In this document: one piece after another, positions 9,918-18,174 of the stretch | How the letters are laid out: every line of letters starts with the position of its first letter | How positions within the stretch are numbered: position 1 is the stretch's first letter | Assembly (NCBI GenBank): GCA_965205835.1 | Contig: OZ242182.1 | Location: 1,935,246 to 1,999,245, forward strand | Reading direction: 5' to 3' | Source of the DNA: Nitrospinales bacterium | GTDB lineage: Bacteria; Nitrospinota; Nitrospinia; Nitrospinales; VA-1 | Length of the DNA stretch: 64,000 nt | Made by a program: the position numbers and the translations under genes | The notes under the pieces: generated by a model | What the model was told of the DNA's origin: nothing | The model's input: the letters and a program-made list of their open reading frames with translations, nothing else | Database searches by the model: none

Positions 9918-10415
9918 TCACGCTCGGCTTGCGCCACTAGACGCTAAAGTATCAATGAGTGTCTGTACATTCTTGGCCTTAACACCTAATATTTGTCCGG
10001 CCTTAGTGGTTGTAAGCGCACCTCCTGACACCATGCGTTTAACAAGTGAAATCAGAGAAGCTCCAATTCTGTGACTTTTCACAACATAGTAATTTGGCCC
10101 ACCTTCCTTTTTTTTGGCTACACTCCGTTTTGCCGACTGTCCTTCAAACCACCATTTCTTAAAAGTTTCACTTAGGCGAAACCATGTATCTTGATCCATC
10201 AACCCATTACGGAAAAGTTTATAGGCAACCATAGAACTACTTAGGTTCCTAGCCTCTGCAAATTCAGTGATAGCACTTTCTGTTTCTTTAAGATTCTTCG
10301 AAATATTTATTTTAATTAATTCTTCATCGGGTAGAAGGAATTCGCCCGCTACATCCAAGCCTGGGCATCTCAAATAGCTATGCGGTTCTCCCTGCTCTTC
10401 ATTTGGGCCTTGCAT
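9918..10415 (-). CDS. C-terminal remnant of an ImmA/IrrE-type (COG2856-like) metallopeptidase/antitoxin
   Basis: 165-aa ORF beginning ...VAGEFLLPDEEL..., the segment that normally follows the HEXXH motif, then ...GGPNYYVVKSHRIGASLISLV...AGQILGVKAKNVQTLI. No HTH or HEXXH is present. A TAG lies 2 codons upstream of the Met, and the nadE stop is only 31 nt away. Confidence 0.5.
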   Translation of the reverse strand: MQGPNEEQGEPHSYLRCPGLDVAGEFLLPDEELIKINISKNLKETESAITEFAEARNLSSSMVAYKLFRNGLMDQDTWFRLSETFKKWWFEGQSAKRSVAKKKEGGPNYYVVKSHRIGASLISLVKRMVSGGALTTTKAGQILGVKAKNVQTLIDTLASSGASRA

Positions 10416-10446
10416 GCACTAAAAGCACACCAACATAGTTAAAAAT

Positions 10447-12192
10447 TTAGAGTTTGTAACGGTTAGTCACTGGCAACCGCCTGTCTTTGCCGAAGGCTTT
10501 GGGGGTGATTTTTACACCCGGAGGACCTTGCCGGCGTTTGTATTCGTTCAAATCCACAAGTTGGGCGATGCGTCGGATTTCAGATTTAGATAAACCCTTC
10601 ACCTTGATTTCCCCGACCGACAAATCTTCTTCGATATAACGCAACAAGACTGGGTCGAGCAGGTCGTAAGGCGGTAACGAGTCGGTGTCTTTTTGATCGG
10701 GTCGAAGTTCCGCCGAAGGTTCTTTGGTGAGAATATTGCTGGGGATAATTTCTGTCTCTTCGTTGAGCCAATGAGAAAGTTTATAGACGAGGATTTTCGG
10801 CACGTCTTTGATGACGGCAAACCCGCCAGCCATATCGCCGTAGAGCGTACAGTAACCGACACTGACTTCCGATTTGTTCCCGGTGGTCAGCACCATCCAG
10901 CCGAATTTGTTGGACAGTGCCATCAATATATTGCCGCGAATGCGAGCCTGCAGGTTCTCTTCCGCCAGACCGGATTCCGTATCTTTGAATAATTTTTTCA
11001 GGGTGTATTCGTAAGCCTTCATAGCCTCGACGATGGGAAAGATGTACTTTTTTATCCCCAGGTTTTTCGCCAACATTTTCGAATCGTCGATACTGCCTTG
11101 GGAGGAATGGAGAGACGGCATCAGCACACCAATTACATTTTCGGCACCCAATGCCCCTACCGCTATAGCGGCGGTCAGGGATGAGTCGATGCCGCCGCTC
11201 AAACCCAGAACCACTTTGGAAAATCTGTTTTTATGAATATAGTCGCGGGTGCCCAATGCCAGAGCTGAATAGACTTCTTCCTCTTCCGACTTCTCCTGAC
11301 AGGTATGCGCGGGAAGTGCTGGAATTTTTTTTGCTTTTTCTTTCGATGACGATGCAGGGGCCTTGACGCTTTTAATTCCCGAAACCTTCGTCTTATTTGA
11401 TTTCAGCGACAAGGTCACGTCGGCAAAAATGATTTCTTCCTCGAAGGAGTTTCCCCGCGTGATGATTTTTCCTTTAGCGTCCACCACTAGACTCTCGCCG
11501 TCGAACACCAGTTCGTCCTGCCCACCGACCAGGTTGGTATAGGCAATCGGGCATTTATAACTTTTGGCGCGTTTGATAATCATCTGCCGCCGAGCTTTGC
11601 CCTTGCCCTTATGATAAGGCGAGGATGAGATATTAAGCAGAAGGTCGATATGTTTGCTTAAAGTTTTCCCTGGTCCCGATTCTTCCCAGATGTCTTCGCA
11701 GATGGTCAGTCCAACCTGCACACCTTTTAAAGAAAAACGCAAAGGTTCGTCGCCTTCGGTGAAGTAGCGTTTCTCATCGAACACGCCGTAATTGGGCAGG
11801 AGCATTTTACGGGCGGTTGCCATATGTTTGCCATCGTGTATCAGGGCGGCAGAGTTATAAAGATATTTGCCTTGTTGTTCAGCGAATCCGATCACGGCCG
11901 TCAGACCACGTGTACAGGGAGCAATTTTGTTTAAAGTTTGTTGGCAATTCTTGATGAAACTTTTTTTCAGCAGTAAATCTTCCGGAGGGTAACCGGTGAT
12001 CATCAGTTCCGGGAACAGTACTACATCGACACCCATTTTCAGGGCTGTAGCGCAGGCCGATTCCACCTTCCTGGCATTGGCTTCGAATCCCCCGACCAGT
12101 CCGTTAACCTGGGCCAGGGCTAGGCGAAGCGAAGCTCTCCGATCGGGAACGGCCTTCCTGGGCTTCACGGTCTTTTTTGTGGCTTCAGCCAT
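10447..12192 (-). CDS. nadE: glutamine-dependent NAD+ synthetase
   Basis: 581-aa ORF. N-terminal carbon-nitrogen hydrolase domain (LTICEDIWE) and C-terminal PP-loop LGLSGGIDSS NAD synthetase domain. Confidence 0.93.
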   Translation of the reverse strand: MAEATKKTVKPRKAVPDRRASLRLALAQVNGLVGGFEANARKVESACATALKMGVDVVLFPELMITGYPPEDLLLKKSFIKNCQQTLNKIAPCTRGLTAVIGFAEQQGKYLYNSAALIHDGKHMATARKMLLPNYGVFDEKRYFTEGDEPLRFSLKGVQVGLTICEDIWEESGPGKTLSKHIDLLLNISSSPYHKGKGKARRQMIIKRAKSYKCPIAYTNLVGGQDELVFDGESLVVDAKGKIITRGNSFEEEIIFADVTLSLKSNKTKVSGIKSVKAPASSSKEKAKKIPALPAHTCQEKSEEEEVYSALALGTRDYIHKNRFSKVVLGLSGGIDSSLTAAIAVGALGAENVIGVLMPSLHSSQGSIDDSKMLAKNLGIKKYIFPIVEAMKAYEYTLKKLFKDTESGLAEENLQARIRGNILMALSNKFGWMVLTTGNKSEVSVGYCTLYGDMAGGFAVIKDVPKILVYKLSHWLNEETEIIPSNILTKEPSAELRPDQKDTDSLPPYDLLDPVLLRYIEEDLSVGEIKVKGLSKSEIRRIAQLVDLNEYKRRQGPPGVKITPKAFGKDRRLPVTNRYKL

Positions 12193-12280
12193 AATATTGA
12201 ATGGATATTTTGGATATCCATAGATTATACTATACTTGTGAACAGACCCAATTCAATCTTGAGACATCACAAGAACGATC

Positions 12281-12727
12281 ATGAGCGAAGCTGAATCTAA
12301 CCCCGCTGAAGAGAGCATCAAGCACTCCATTCGCAAGAATGGGTTTCCGGAGAAGATTGTCCGCCTGCCTTTCAAGCCGGTTTATGACGCCTGTAAAAAA
12401 CACGGGACCTCGTTGTCCGATGTTTTGGACAAGCTTCAGGAAGAACAGATTTTTGGCAAGATCACTGGCAACCATCTTGAGTTTTGCTCACGGGAGAAAA
12501 TTGATTTCAAAGTGCCGGACGATAATGCTCCGGCCTCCGACGAGTTTTCATGGCTCAAGGGTGCCGCCAATCTGAAAGGGTTTCAGGAAGCCGCCAAGAA
12601 TGCCATGGGAGAAATGACGGCGGAAAAATTAGCCGAGGTCCGCAAGATGGCCGAAAACATGAGCGATGAGGAAAAAATGAATATGCTGAAAATGTTCACC
12701 CAGCGCTTTGATCCCGGGAAAAAATAG
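12281..12727 (+). CDS. hypothetical protein
   Basis: 148-aa ORF divergent from nadE. No motif recognised. The coding call rests on length and compatibility with its neighbours only. Confidence 0.45.
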   Translation: MSEAESNPAEESIKHSIRKNGFPEKIVRLPFKPVYDACKKHGTSLSDVLDKLQEEQIFGKITGNHLEFCSREKIDFKVPDDNAPASDEFSWLKGAANLKGFQEAAKNAMGEMTAEKLAEVRKMAENMSDEEKMNMLKMFTQRFDPGKK

Positions 12728-12748
12728 CCACAGGATATAAATTACACT

Positions 12749-13618
12749 ATGTTGATCTTCGCTAAAGATATCAGTCAACGCGACCACCGGCACGCGCTGG
12801 AAGACAAGCTGCCCGAATTGAAACAGTATATGGAATACCAGCGCAAACTGTTTCCCTACACGGTGGTACGGGCAGGACTGGACCTGGCCTACAAGGAACT
12901 CGACGATATTATGAATTTTGTCGACAACGATTACCGGCCGCCGACAGACTCTTCGAGGCAGGAATACCCCGCTGATGTCAATCAATGGTATAAAAGCCGG
13001 TTCCCCTGGTCATCGGCCTTTCTGAAAATGGAGGATATGCATTTCGCCTTGGTCGTTCTCGTCAAGGCGATGGATTCGTTTCGCACTCACGAATCGGCCA
13101 ACACCTATCACTGGGCCGTGCTCTATGATTCCGTTCATAATATCGTGCAGGTTTACAACGACCTGATTCGGAACGACCCTGGTAATTCCCGCGACGTTCA
13201 TTTGAGCAACGCCGTAGAAGTTGACTTCGATGACTTCATCAACAACTACTGGCATGATCTGGATTTCATGATTTTTTCCCAGGCCGATTATCCTCACCCC
13301 CGGCATCAGAAAAGAAAAGATTCTATAGAAGAAAAAATCAAGGACATCATGTCGGAAGGTGTAGAGCCTCTGGCCGCTCTTGAGAAACTGGACACCCCGC
13401 TCGACGCGTCTACTTTAAAACTTCTCCGGCGCGACCCGGTCGAAACCCGGTTTCTGGAGTTAAAAAGCGTTCCGGATACCAGCAATGAGTTCGACAAAAT
13501 CTATAAAAAATATTTGGAAGACCCTCAATACGGCAGATTGAGCGTTATTGACGCGGAGTACATAACAAATTGCCCGCTCGCCGCGGAGGCAGATAGCAAT
13601 AGCCCGTCAAGCCGATAG
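12749..13618 (+). CDS. hypothetical protein
   Basis: 289-aa ORF starting 22 nt after the previous ORF. No motif recognised. Confidence 0.5.
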   Translation: MLIFAKDISQRDHRHALEDKLPELKQYMEYQRKLFPYTVVRAGLDLAYKELDDIMNFVDNDYRPPTDSSRQEYPADVNQWYKSRFPWSSAFLKMEDMHFALVVLVKAMDSFRTHESANTYHWAVLYDSVHNIVQVYNDLIRNDPGNSRDVHLSNAVEVDFDDFINNYWHDLDFMIFSQADYPHPRHQKRKDSIEEKIKDIMSEGVEPLAALEKLDTPLDASTLKLLRRDPVETRFLELKSVPDTSNEFDKIYKKYLEDPQYGRLSVIDAEYITNCPLAAEADSNSPSSR

Positions 13619-14044
13619 CATCCTTGCCAGCGGTAGAAGACCATTACAATCTACCTGCATCCGCCTATAGAATCAGACCCAGATAACCCGATTCATTCAC
13701 CTGAACACGGAGCGATTTTTCCAATGTAATGGTAACAGTATCATCCACCTCTGCTCTGACCCGTTTCTTTCTTTTAGCCACTCCTAGGTTAGCAATCCCC
13801 CTCCCGGAAAATCTGGCTCAGCTGAATATCTTTGGGCGAAGATCAATAAAGCAATTCTGAAATCCCTCGACAAAAACCTTTTTATTTTCAATGTGCCAGA
13901 GACCCGACACCTGCCTGATGCCATTTCGGCCAACGTAAACTCCCTTCCTTCTTCAAGGTGGCTGACCTCTATGTTACAATCATCGAGCTACAAGAAACCT
14001 CCGCATTTCAAAATATTTTTTTCCTTTCTGGCCCGCAATTTCGC

Positions 14045-16105
14045 ATGGAAACGAAAACGATTTTAAGGCAAAATCCCGCACCCGTTCGCCTGCAAGGGAC
14101 CGATGGAGTGCGCCGCGAAACCCAATCGGCAAAAGATTCCGAATGCAGAGGGCGGACTCCGCAACAAGTGTTTCTGGAAAAAGGCTGGATCACAGAAGAG
14201 TTCATGGAGCTTTACGCCTATTGCTACGTCAAAAACCAGCCCAGGAAAAAACCAGCTTCCTCTAAAAAGATCGTCATCGGCTGGGACCCCAGAGACCCTT
14301 CCGGCGTCTTTACCGAAGCCGTGGTTCGGGGCATCCGCAAAGCGGGAGGCAGAGCCTTGGTTCTGGGTGTCGTTCCGACTCCATTAATACCCTTGTTCAT
14401 GCTCCATGAAGGAGCTGATGGAGGCATTATGGTCACTGCTTCCCACAACCCCAAAGATCAGAATGGCATCAAACTTTTTCTGCCTTTTCATGGCGTGAAG
14501 CCGTTGCCCTCTGATGATGCCGAACTGACCCGACACCTGCTCAAACAAAACTTCGGCCTCATAAAAAAAACTCCCCTAAAGGAAACAAGAACTGACTGTC
14601 GGCAGAAAGCTCTGGAGCTGTTCCAGCGTTTTTCCCTGCACCCTGAAAACTCATGGCTCAAGTCCCGCAATACTTTACAAGCCCTCACTCTCGTGGTTGA
14701 TCCCGCTTGCGGAGCGTTGACAGGAATCGCCGCGAAAATTTTCCGGCTTGCCGGAATCGGCAAAGTCTATGAAGTCAACAAAAATGGAGCGGTCAATCAC
14801 TACTCCGGAGTCGCTGATCTGGAAGGATGCCCACGCATCACCGCAGACATGATCTTAAAACCCAACGGACGTTTTCATCGCCACAAAGCCATCATCAAAC
14901 TGTTTGAAATCGGTCGGGCCAACCAGAAATCGGCAAAGTCCGGGAAAAAAAGACTTGCCGCCGCTGTCTTCGACGCGGATGGAGACCGCTTCTTCCACCT
15001 CGAGTACGATCCATTTCAGGACACATTATGGGTCTTGAGCGGAGACGAGACCGCCATCCTGCAGGCACGGCATTTGGTTTCCCACGATAAATACAACGGG
15101 TCACTCTATATCAATACGGTGGAAAGCGACCTCAATGCTTCTACCTCTGCCAAGTCAATGGGGCTAAGCCCACTTCTCACCGCCGTCGGCGATAAATGGA
15201 TTCTACTTAAAATCCGCCTCGCCTTGTTAAAGCAAAAACTTCTTACGGCAGAACTTGCACCGAAAAAGCAAACAGAACTTAAAAATAAAATTAAATCGTT
15301 GCAGAAAAAAGGAGTGACGAGTGTAAACACCCTCCCGAACCTTGACACATCAATCCCCGAAAGCCTTGACGCAACAAAAAATAGTTCGGAAGTTCTGGCT
15401 GTCGGTAGCGAGGAAACAGGCCACAACATCACCACCGGTACTTTAACGTTACCCAGCAAAAAAAAGGTGTCGGTGTATTCCGGCAATGGATTAAAAAGCG
15501 CTCTCAACACCTTTGCCGCTACTGAACAGTTGGCGAGAACCTTGTCGCCGCAAAGGTATATCCAGTCTATCCGCCAACCTTTTTCGCCGGGTTTCAAGTC
15601 CACTCTTTACACGTACTATATCCGGCGGGACCTGTTCTATAGAGACTCGGAAGTATGGAAAAAAGTAAAACGGCTTTTATTGCAGACCGCAAAACAAAAC
15701 GGATACTCCGGCAAAACCCAAAATTTCCCTGACGATCCGGACATGTTATATATTTCCTTTGCGGAGGGAAAAGCCAGTATCTTTGTGAGAAACTCCGGCA
15801 CAGAAAATAAAATCAGCGTTAACCTGCGTGGCAGAAAATCGGATGCTGGCAAACTGAAAAAAATCGGGCTGGAAATTCTACGGCTTTTGTTCTCACTGCT
15901 CAAAGACCGTGACAATACTTTTTATAAAATGGAGCTGTACGCCCTCAGCCAAATCGCGTCCCAACCGGTGACCGATAACGATCTGGAAATAAAAAACCAA
16001 TACAAGTCGCGGCTGATCGATGAAATGAGAAAGCAGGACCTGATTCAATCAAGCCCCGAAGGAAACCGCCTGACCCCTCTCGGCAAGTGGTATATAATCC
16101 ATTAG
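14045..16105 (+). CDS. phosphohexomutase-family protein (PGM/PMM/GlmM superfamily), unusually long
   Basis: All four family motifs are present: catalytic Ser loop TASHNPKDQNGIK, Mg loop FDADGDRF, sugar loop GSEETGH and phosphate loop RNSGTENKI. The ATG at 14045 (METKT...LQGTDGVR) is preferred over the GTG at 13958 given in the ORF track. Confidence 0.8.
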   Translation: METKTILRQNPAPVRLQGTDGVRRETQSAKDSECRGRTPQQVFLEKGWITEEFMELYAYCYVKNQPRKKPASSKKIVIGWDPRDPSGVFTEAVVRGIRKAGGRALVLGVVPTPLIPLFMLHEGADGGIMVTASHNPKDQNGIKLFLPFHGVKPLPSDDAELTRHLLKQNFGLIKKTPLKETRTDCRQKALELFQRFSLHPENSWLKSRNTLQALTLVVDPACGALTGIAAKIFRLAGIGKVYEVNKNGAVNHYSGVADLEGCPRITADMILKPNGRFHRHKAIIKLFEIGRANQKSAKSGKKRLAAAVFDADGDRFFHLEYDPFQDTLWVLSGDETAILQARHLVSHDKYNGSLYINTVESDLNASTSAKSMGLSPLLTAVGDKWILLKIRLALLKQKLLTAELAPKKQTELKNKIKSLQKKGVTSVNTLPNLDTSIPESLDATKNSSEVLAVGSEETGHNITTGTLTLPSKKKVSVYSGNGLKSALNTFAATEQLARTLSPQRYIQSIRQPFSPGFKSTLYTYYIRRDLFYRDSEVWKKVKRLLLQTAKQNGYSGKTQNFPDDPDMLYISFAEGKASIFVRNSGTENKISVNLRGRKSDAGKLKKIGLEILRLLFSLLKDRDNTFYKMELYALSQIASQPVTDNDLEIKNQYKSRLIDEMRKQDLIQSSPEGNRLTPLGKWYIIH

Positions 16106-16178
16106 GCAGGAGGCCAAACCAGTGCTGGCTTTTATGAGTTGGTAGAAAGTTATCTCGGCTTTAGGAGCCACAAGAATT

Positions 16179-16979
16179 ATGAAAGATTTAAACCTGTTCT
16201 TTTCAAATTTGAGTGCGCCAGAGATTTTTTCCGGATGCGAACAGGTGTGGGAGCCTTTAAAAACACTAGGTTCCCGGTTGAAAACACGGATCAACAAAAA
16301 AGCTGGGAGTGTATCTTATGCCACCCATTTACAGGGCATAAAGACCACTCTCGATTCATCCGGTTATCATCGTGGCGGAAAAGGACTTTATGTCGAAAAC
16401 TGGATCCATCTGGCCGAACCGGTTTATTTGAAAGAACTGGATATCTTCATCGGCAAGGGAACACAGTTGGAACCTTCGGCCATAATAAAGGGCCCTGCCA
16501 TGATTGGTGAGTCCTGCGATATCCGGCAAGGGGCCTATATCCGTGGCAACACCCTGATTGGAGATCACAGTGTGATCGGCCATGCCACCGAAGTGAAAAA
16601 CAGCATTCTCATGGATCATACCGAAGCGGGCCATTTCAATTATATCGGTGACAGCATTATAGGGAGCCATGTCAACCTGGGAGCAGGATCGAAACTGGCC
16701 AACCTGCAACTTAGAACCATAGATGAAAAATTAAAAGACTATATCAAGCCTATCCAGATACCTCTTGACTCTGGAGTCCTGAGTACCGAAATGGAAAAAC
16801 TGGGTGCCGTGATCGGCGACAATGTTGAACTCGGTTGCAACGTCACCGTCTGCCCCGGCGCACTGATCGGAAAAGATGTTTGGGTCTATCCCTGCCTGAC
16901 TGTCCCTAAAGGCTACTACCCTGATGGAACCCTGCTCGTCCCGAAAGAACGCAAACCCGGGTTTATCCAGAAACAATGA
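16179..16979 (+). CDS. left-handed beta-helix (hexapeptide-repeat) transferase, GlmU C-terminal-like
   Basis: 266-aa ORF with consecutive hexapeptide repeats (IGESCDIRQGAYIRGNTLIGDHSVIGHATEVKNSILMDHTEAGHFNYIGDSIIGSHVNLGAGS). Confidence 0.7.
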   Translation: MKDLNLFFSNLSAPEIFSGCEQVWEPLKTLGSRLKTRINKKAGSVSYATHLQGIKTTLDSSGYHRGGKGLYVENWIHLAEPVYLKELDIFIGKGTQLEPSAIIKGPAMIGESCDIRQGAYIRGNTLIGDHSVIGHATEVKNSILMDHTEAGHFNYIGDSIIGSHVNLGAGSKLANLQLRTIDEKLKDYIKPIQIPLDSGVLSTEMEKLGAVIGDNVELGCNVTVCPGALIGKDVWVYPCLTVPKGYYPDGTLLVPKERKPGFIQKQ

Positions 16980-17025
16980 AACAAGACGAATCCGAAGATA
17001 AAGCCCGGCTCAATATTTTTTTGAT

Positions 17026-17490
17026 ATGTTCGACGCGGTCGAGGATGATATTTTCCAACTCGTTTCTGATGAAAGCAATGAGGAGATATTAGAAATCGGT
17101 GGATATGAGTGTTTGTTTATCGCCTTCAGTAATCTACGTCTTTATTGCGAAAATGCCGGGATTCGCTTGGAACAAATAGAAGAACAATATCAGGCACTCA
17201 AAGAATCTCCCACTAGCGAAGAATCCAACACCTTCGTAGTTCATGAAAACATGGATGAAACTAGTGAGGTCGTCAATTTCTGCAAACTGCTGGAGCAGAT
17301 TGAAAACAGTTTTTCCGCTTTTGAACAACGCTCAGAAAAGAGCGGAGAAGTTTTTGACGAATGTGCCGGTGTCTTCATCATGTATTCCTATCTCAGGAAT
17401 TATTGCGCGAAAGAAGAAGTCGATTTTGAAAAACTCCAGCAGGCAATCTCGCGCCTCCACGCAGAAATAAAAAAAGATGAAAATTCCTAG
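17026..17490 (+). CDS. hypothetical acidic protein with internal duplication
   Basis: 154-aa ORF with two related halves (YECLFIAFSNLRLYCENAGIRLEQIEEQ and ECAGVFIMYSYLRNYCAKEEVDFEKLQQ). Confidence 0.45.
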   Translation: MFDAVEDDIFQLVSDESNEEILEIGGYECLFIAFSNLRLYCENAGIRLEQIEEQYQALKESPTSEESNTFVVHENMDETSEVVNFCKLLEQIENSFSAFEQRSEKSGEVFDECAGVFIMYSYLRNYCAKEEVDFEKLQQAISRLHAEIKKDENS

Positions 17491-17621
17491 GAAACCCGGA
17501 TATTTGCAGAATCTACTCCTATTAAATGATATATTAGTTTGGGAGTTTTCTGTGGGCACATGTTCACGAAACAGCTTAAAAACCCAAGGTAAAAACCATA
17601 CCAGGCTATTAAATTGTAAAC

Positions 17622-17701
17622 GCGGATGTGGCGGAACTGGCAGACGCGCTGGATTTAGGATCCAGTGGGCAACCGTGGGGGTTCGACTCCCTCCATCCGC
17701 A
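17622..17701 (+). tRNA. tRNA-Leu (anticodon UAG)
   Basis: GCGGATGTGGCGGAACTGGCAGACGCGCTGGATTTAGGATCCAG...GGGGGTTCGACTCCCTCCATCCGCA. Cloverleaf features: acceptor GCGGATG/CATCCGC, anticodon stem CTGGA/TCCAG with loop TTTAGGA, a long variable arm and a TTCGA T-loop. The D-arm is near identical to E. coli tRNA-Leu. No CCA is encoded. Confidence 0.88.
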
Positions 17702-17759
17702 CTCCCTGACGGGAGTAGTAATAGGTCTGAACGGTTGAAGGCTAAAATTTTCTTTTAAG

Positions 17760-18030
17760 CTTCTAGAAATAAGTTCTGCCCCTGCGGCGAGCGGCCACTA
17801 ACCGTGGAGGGGGAGAAAAACCTCCCTGACGGAGGCTGGGCAATGTCCAGTGGTAATGAGACCTTTACATAAGTCGAAAAACCTGAAAAGCGAGGTGCTT
17901 CGACAAGCTCAGCATGACAATAAAGGGTTGTTTTGTCATTCTGAAGAGCGTACGCGATGAAGACGTGATATTTCTCCTTAGCCTTCGTGCCCCGAAGGGG
18001 TAATCTCGGGTTATGCAAAGCTCTCGGTGG
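17760..18030 (-). repeat. composite dispersed intergenic repeat array (copy A, inverted relative to copies B and C)
   Basis: 17932-18014 is the reverse complement of the ~83-nt unit ATAACCC.(.)GATTACCCCTTCGGGGCACGAAGGCTAAGGAGAAATATCACGTCTTCGTCGC...GATGACAAA found at 24.0 and 27.6-28.0 kb. 17890-17920 matches the reverse complement of 28008-28040. Confidence 0.8.
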
Positions 18031-18174
18031 TAATGCGGTGGAGAACCTCCACTATCAATAAATCCGGCTTTTTTCTGCGCTCAACGGGGTCAGATAGTTT
18101 AACAATCTACTGCCCAATGGCCCCACGCCGAGTGGGCGGAGGTGCTCTGCCAATCTTTAAATATTTGGAAAGTT

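Noticed and set aside
13619-13957. Possible gene remnant on the minus strand of the 13.6-14.0 kb spacer (peptides such as ...VDDTVTITLEKSLRVQVNESGYLGLIL*)
   Set aside because: The reading frames are short and broken, and I cannot assign them to any family. The evidence is insufficient to call a pseudogene.
13958-14044. Upstream extension of the phosphohexomutase ORF (GTG at 13958, MADLYVTIIELQETSAF...)
   Set aside because: The family N-terminus (..GTDGVR..) begins shortly after the ATG at 14045, and the extension has no homology-like features. The longer ORF is probably an artefact of an open frame.
17755-18018. ORFs lying inside the repeat arrays: 17755..18018(-), 23843..24085(-) and 27871..28164(+). 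They encode ...YNPRLPLRGTKAKEKYHVF...-type peptides.
   Set aside because: They lie entirely within the dispersed repeat units, so the similar peptides arise from repeat copies. They lack start context and are best explained as translation artefacts of non-coding repeats.
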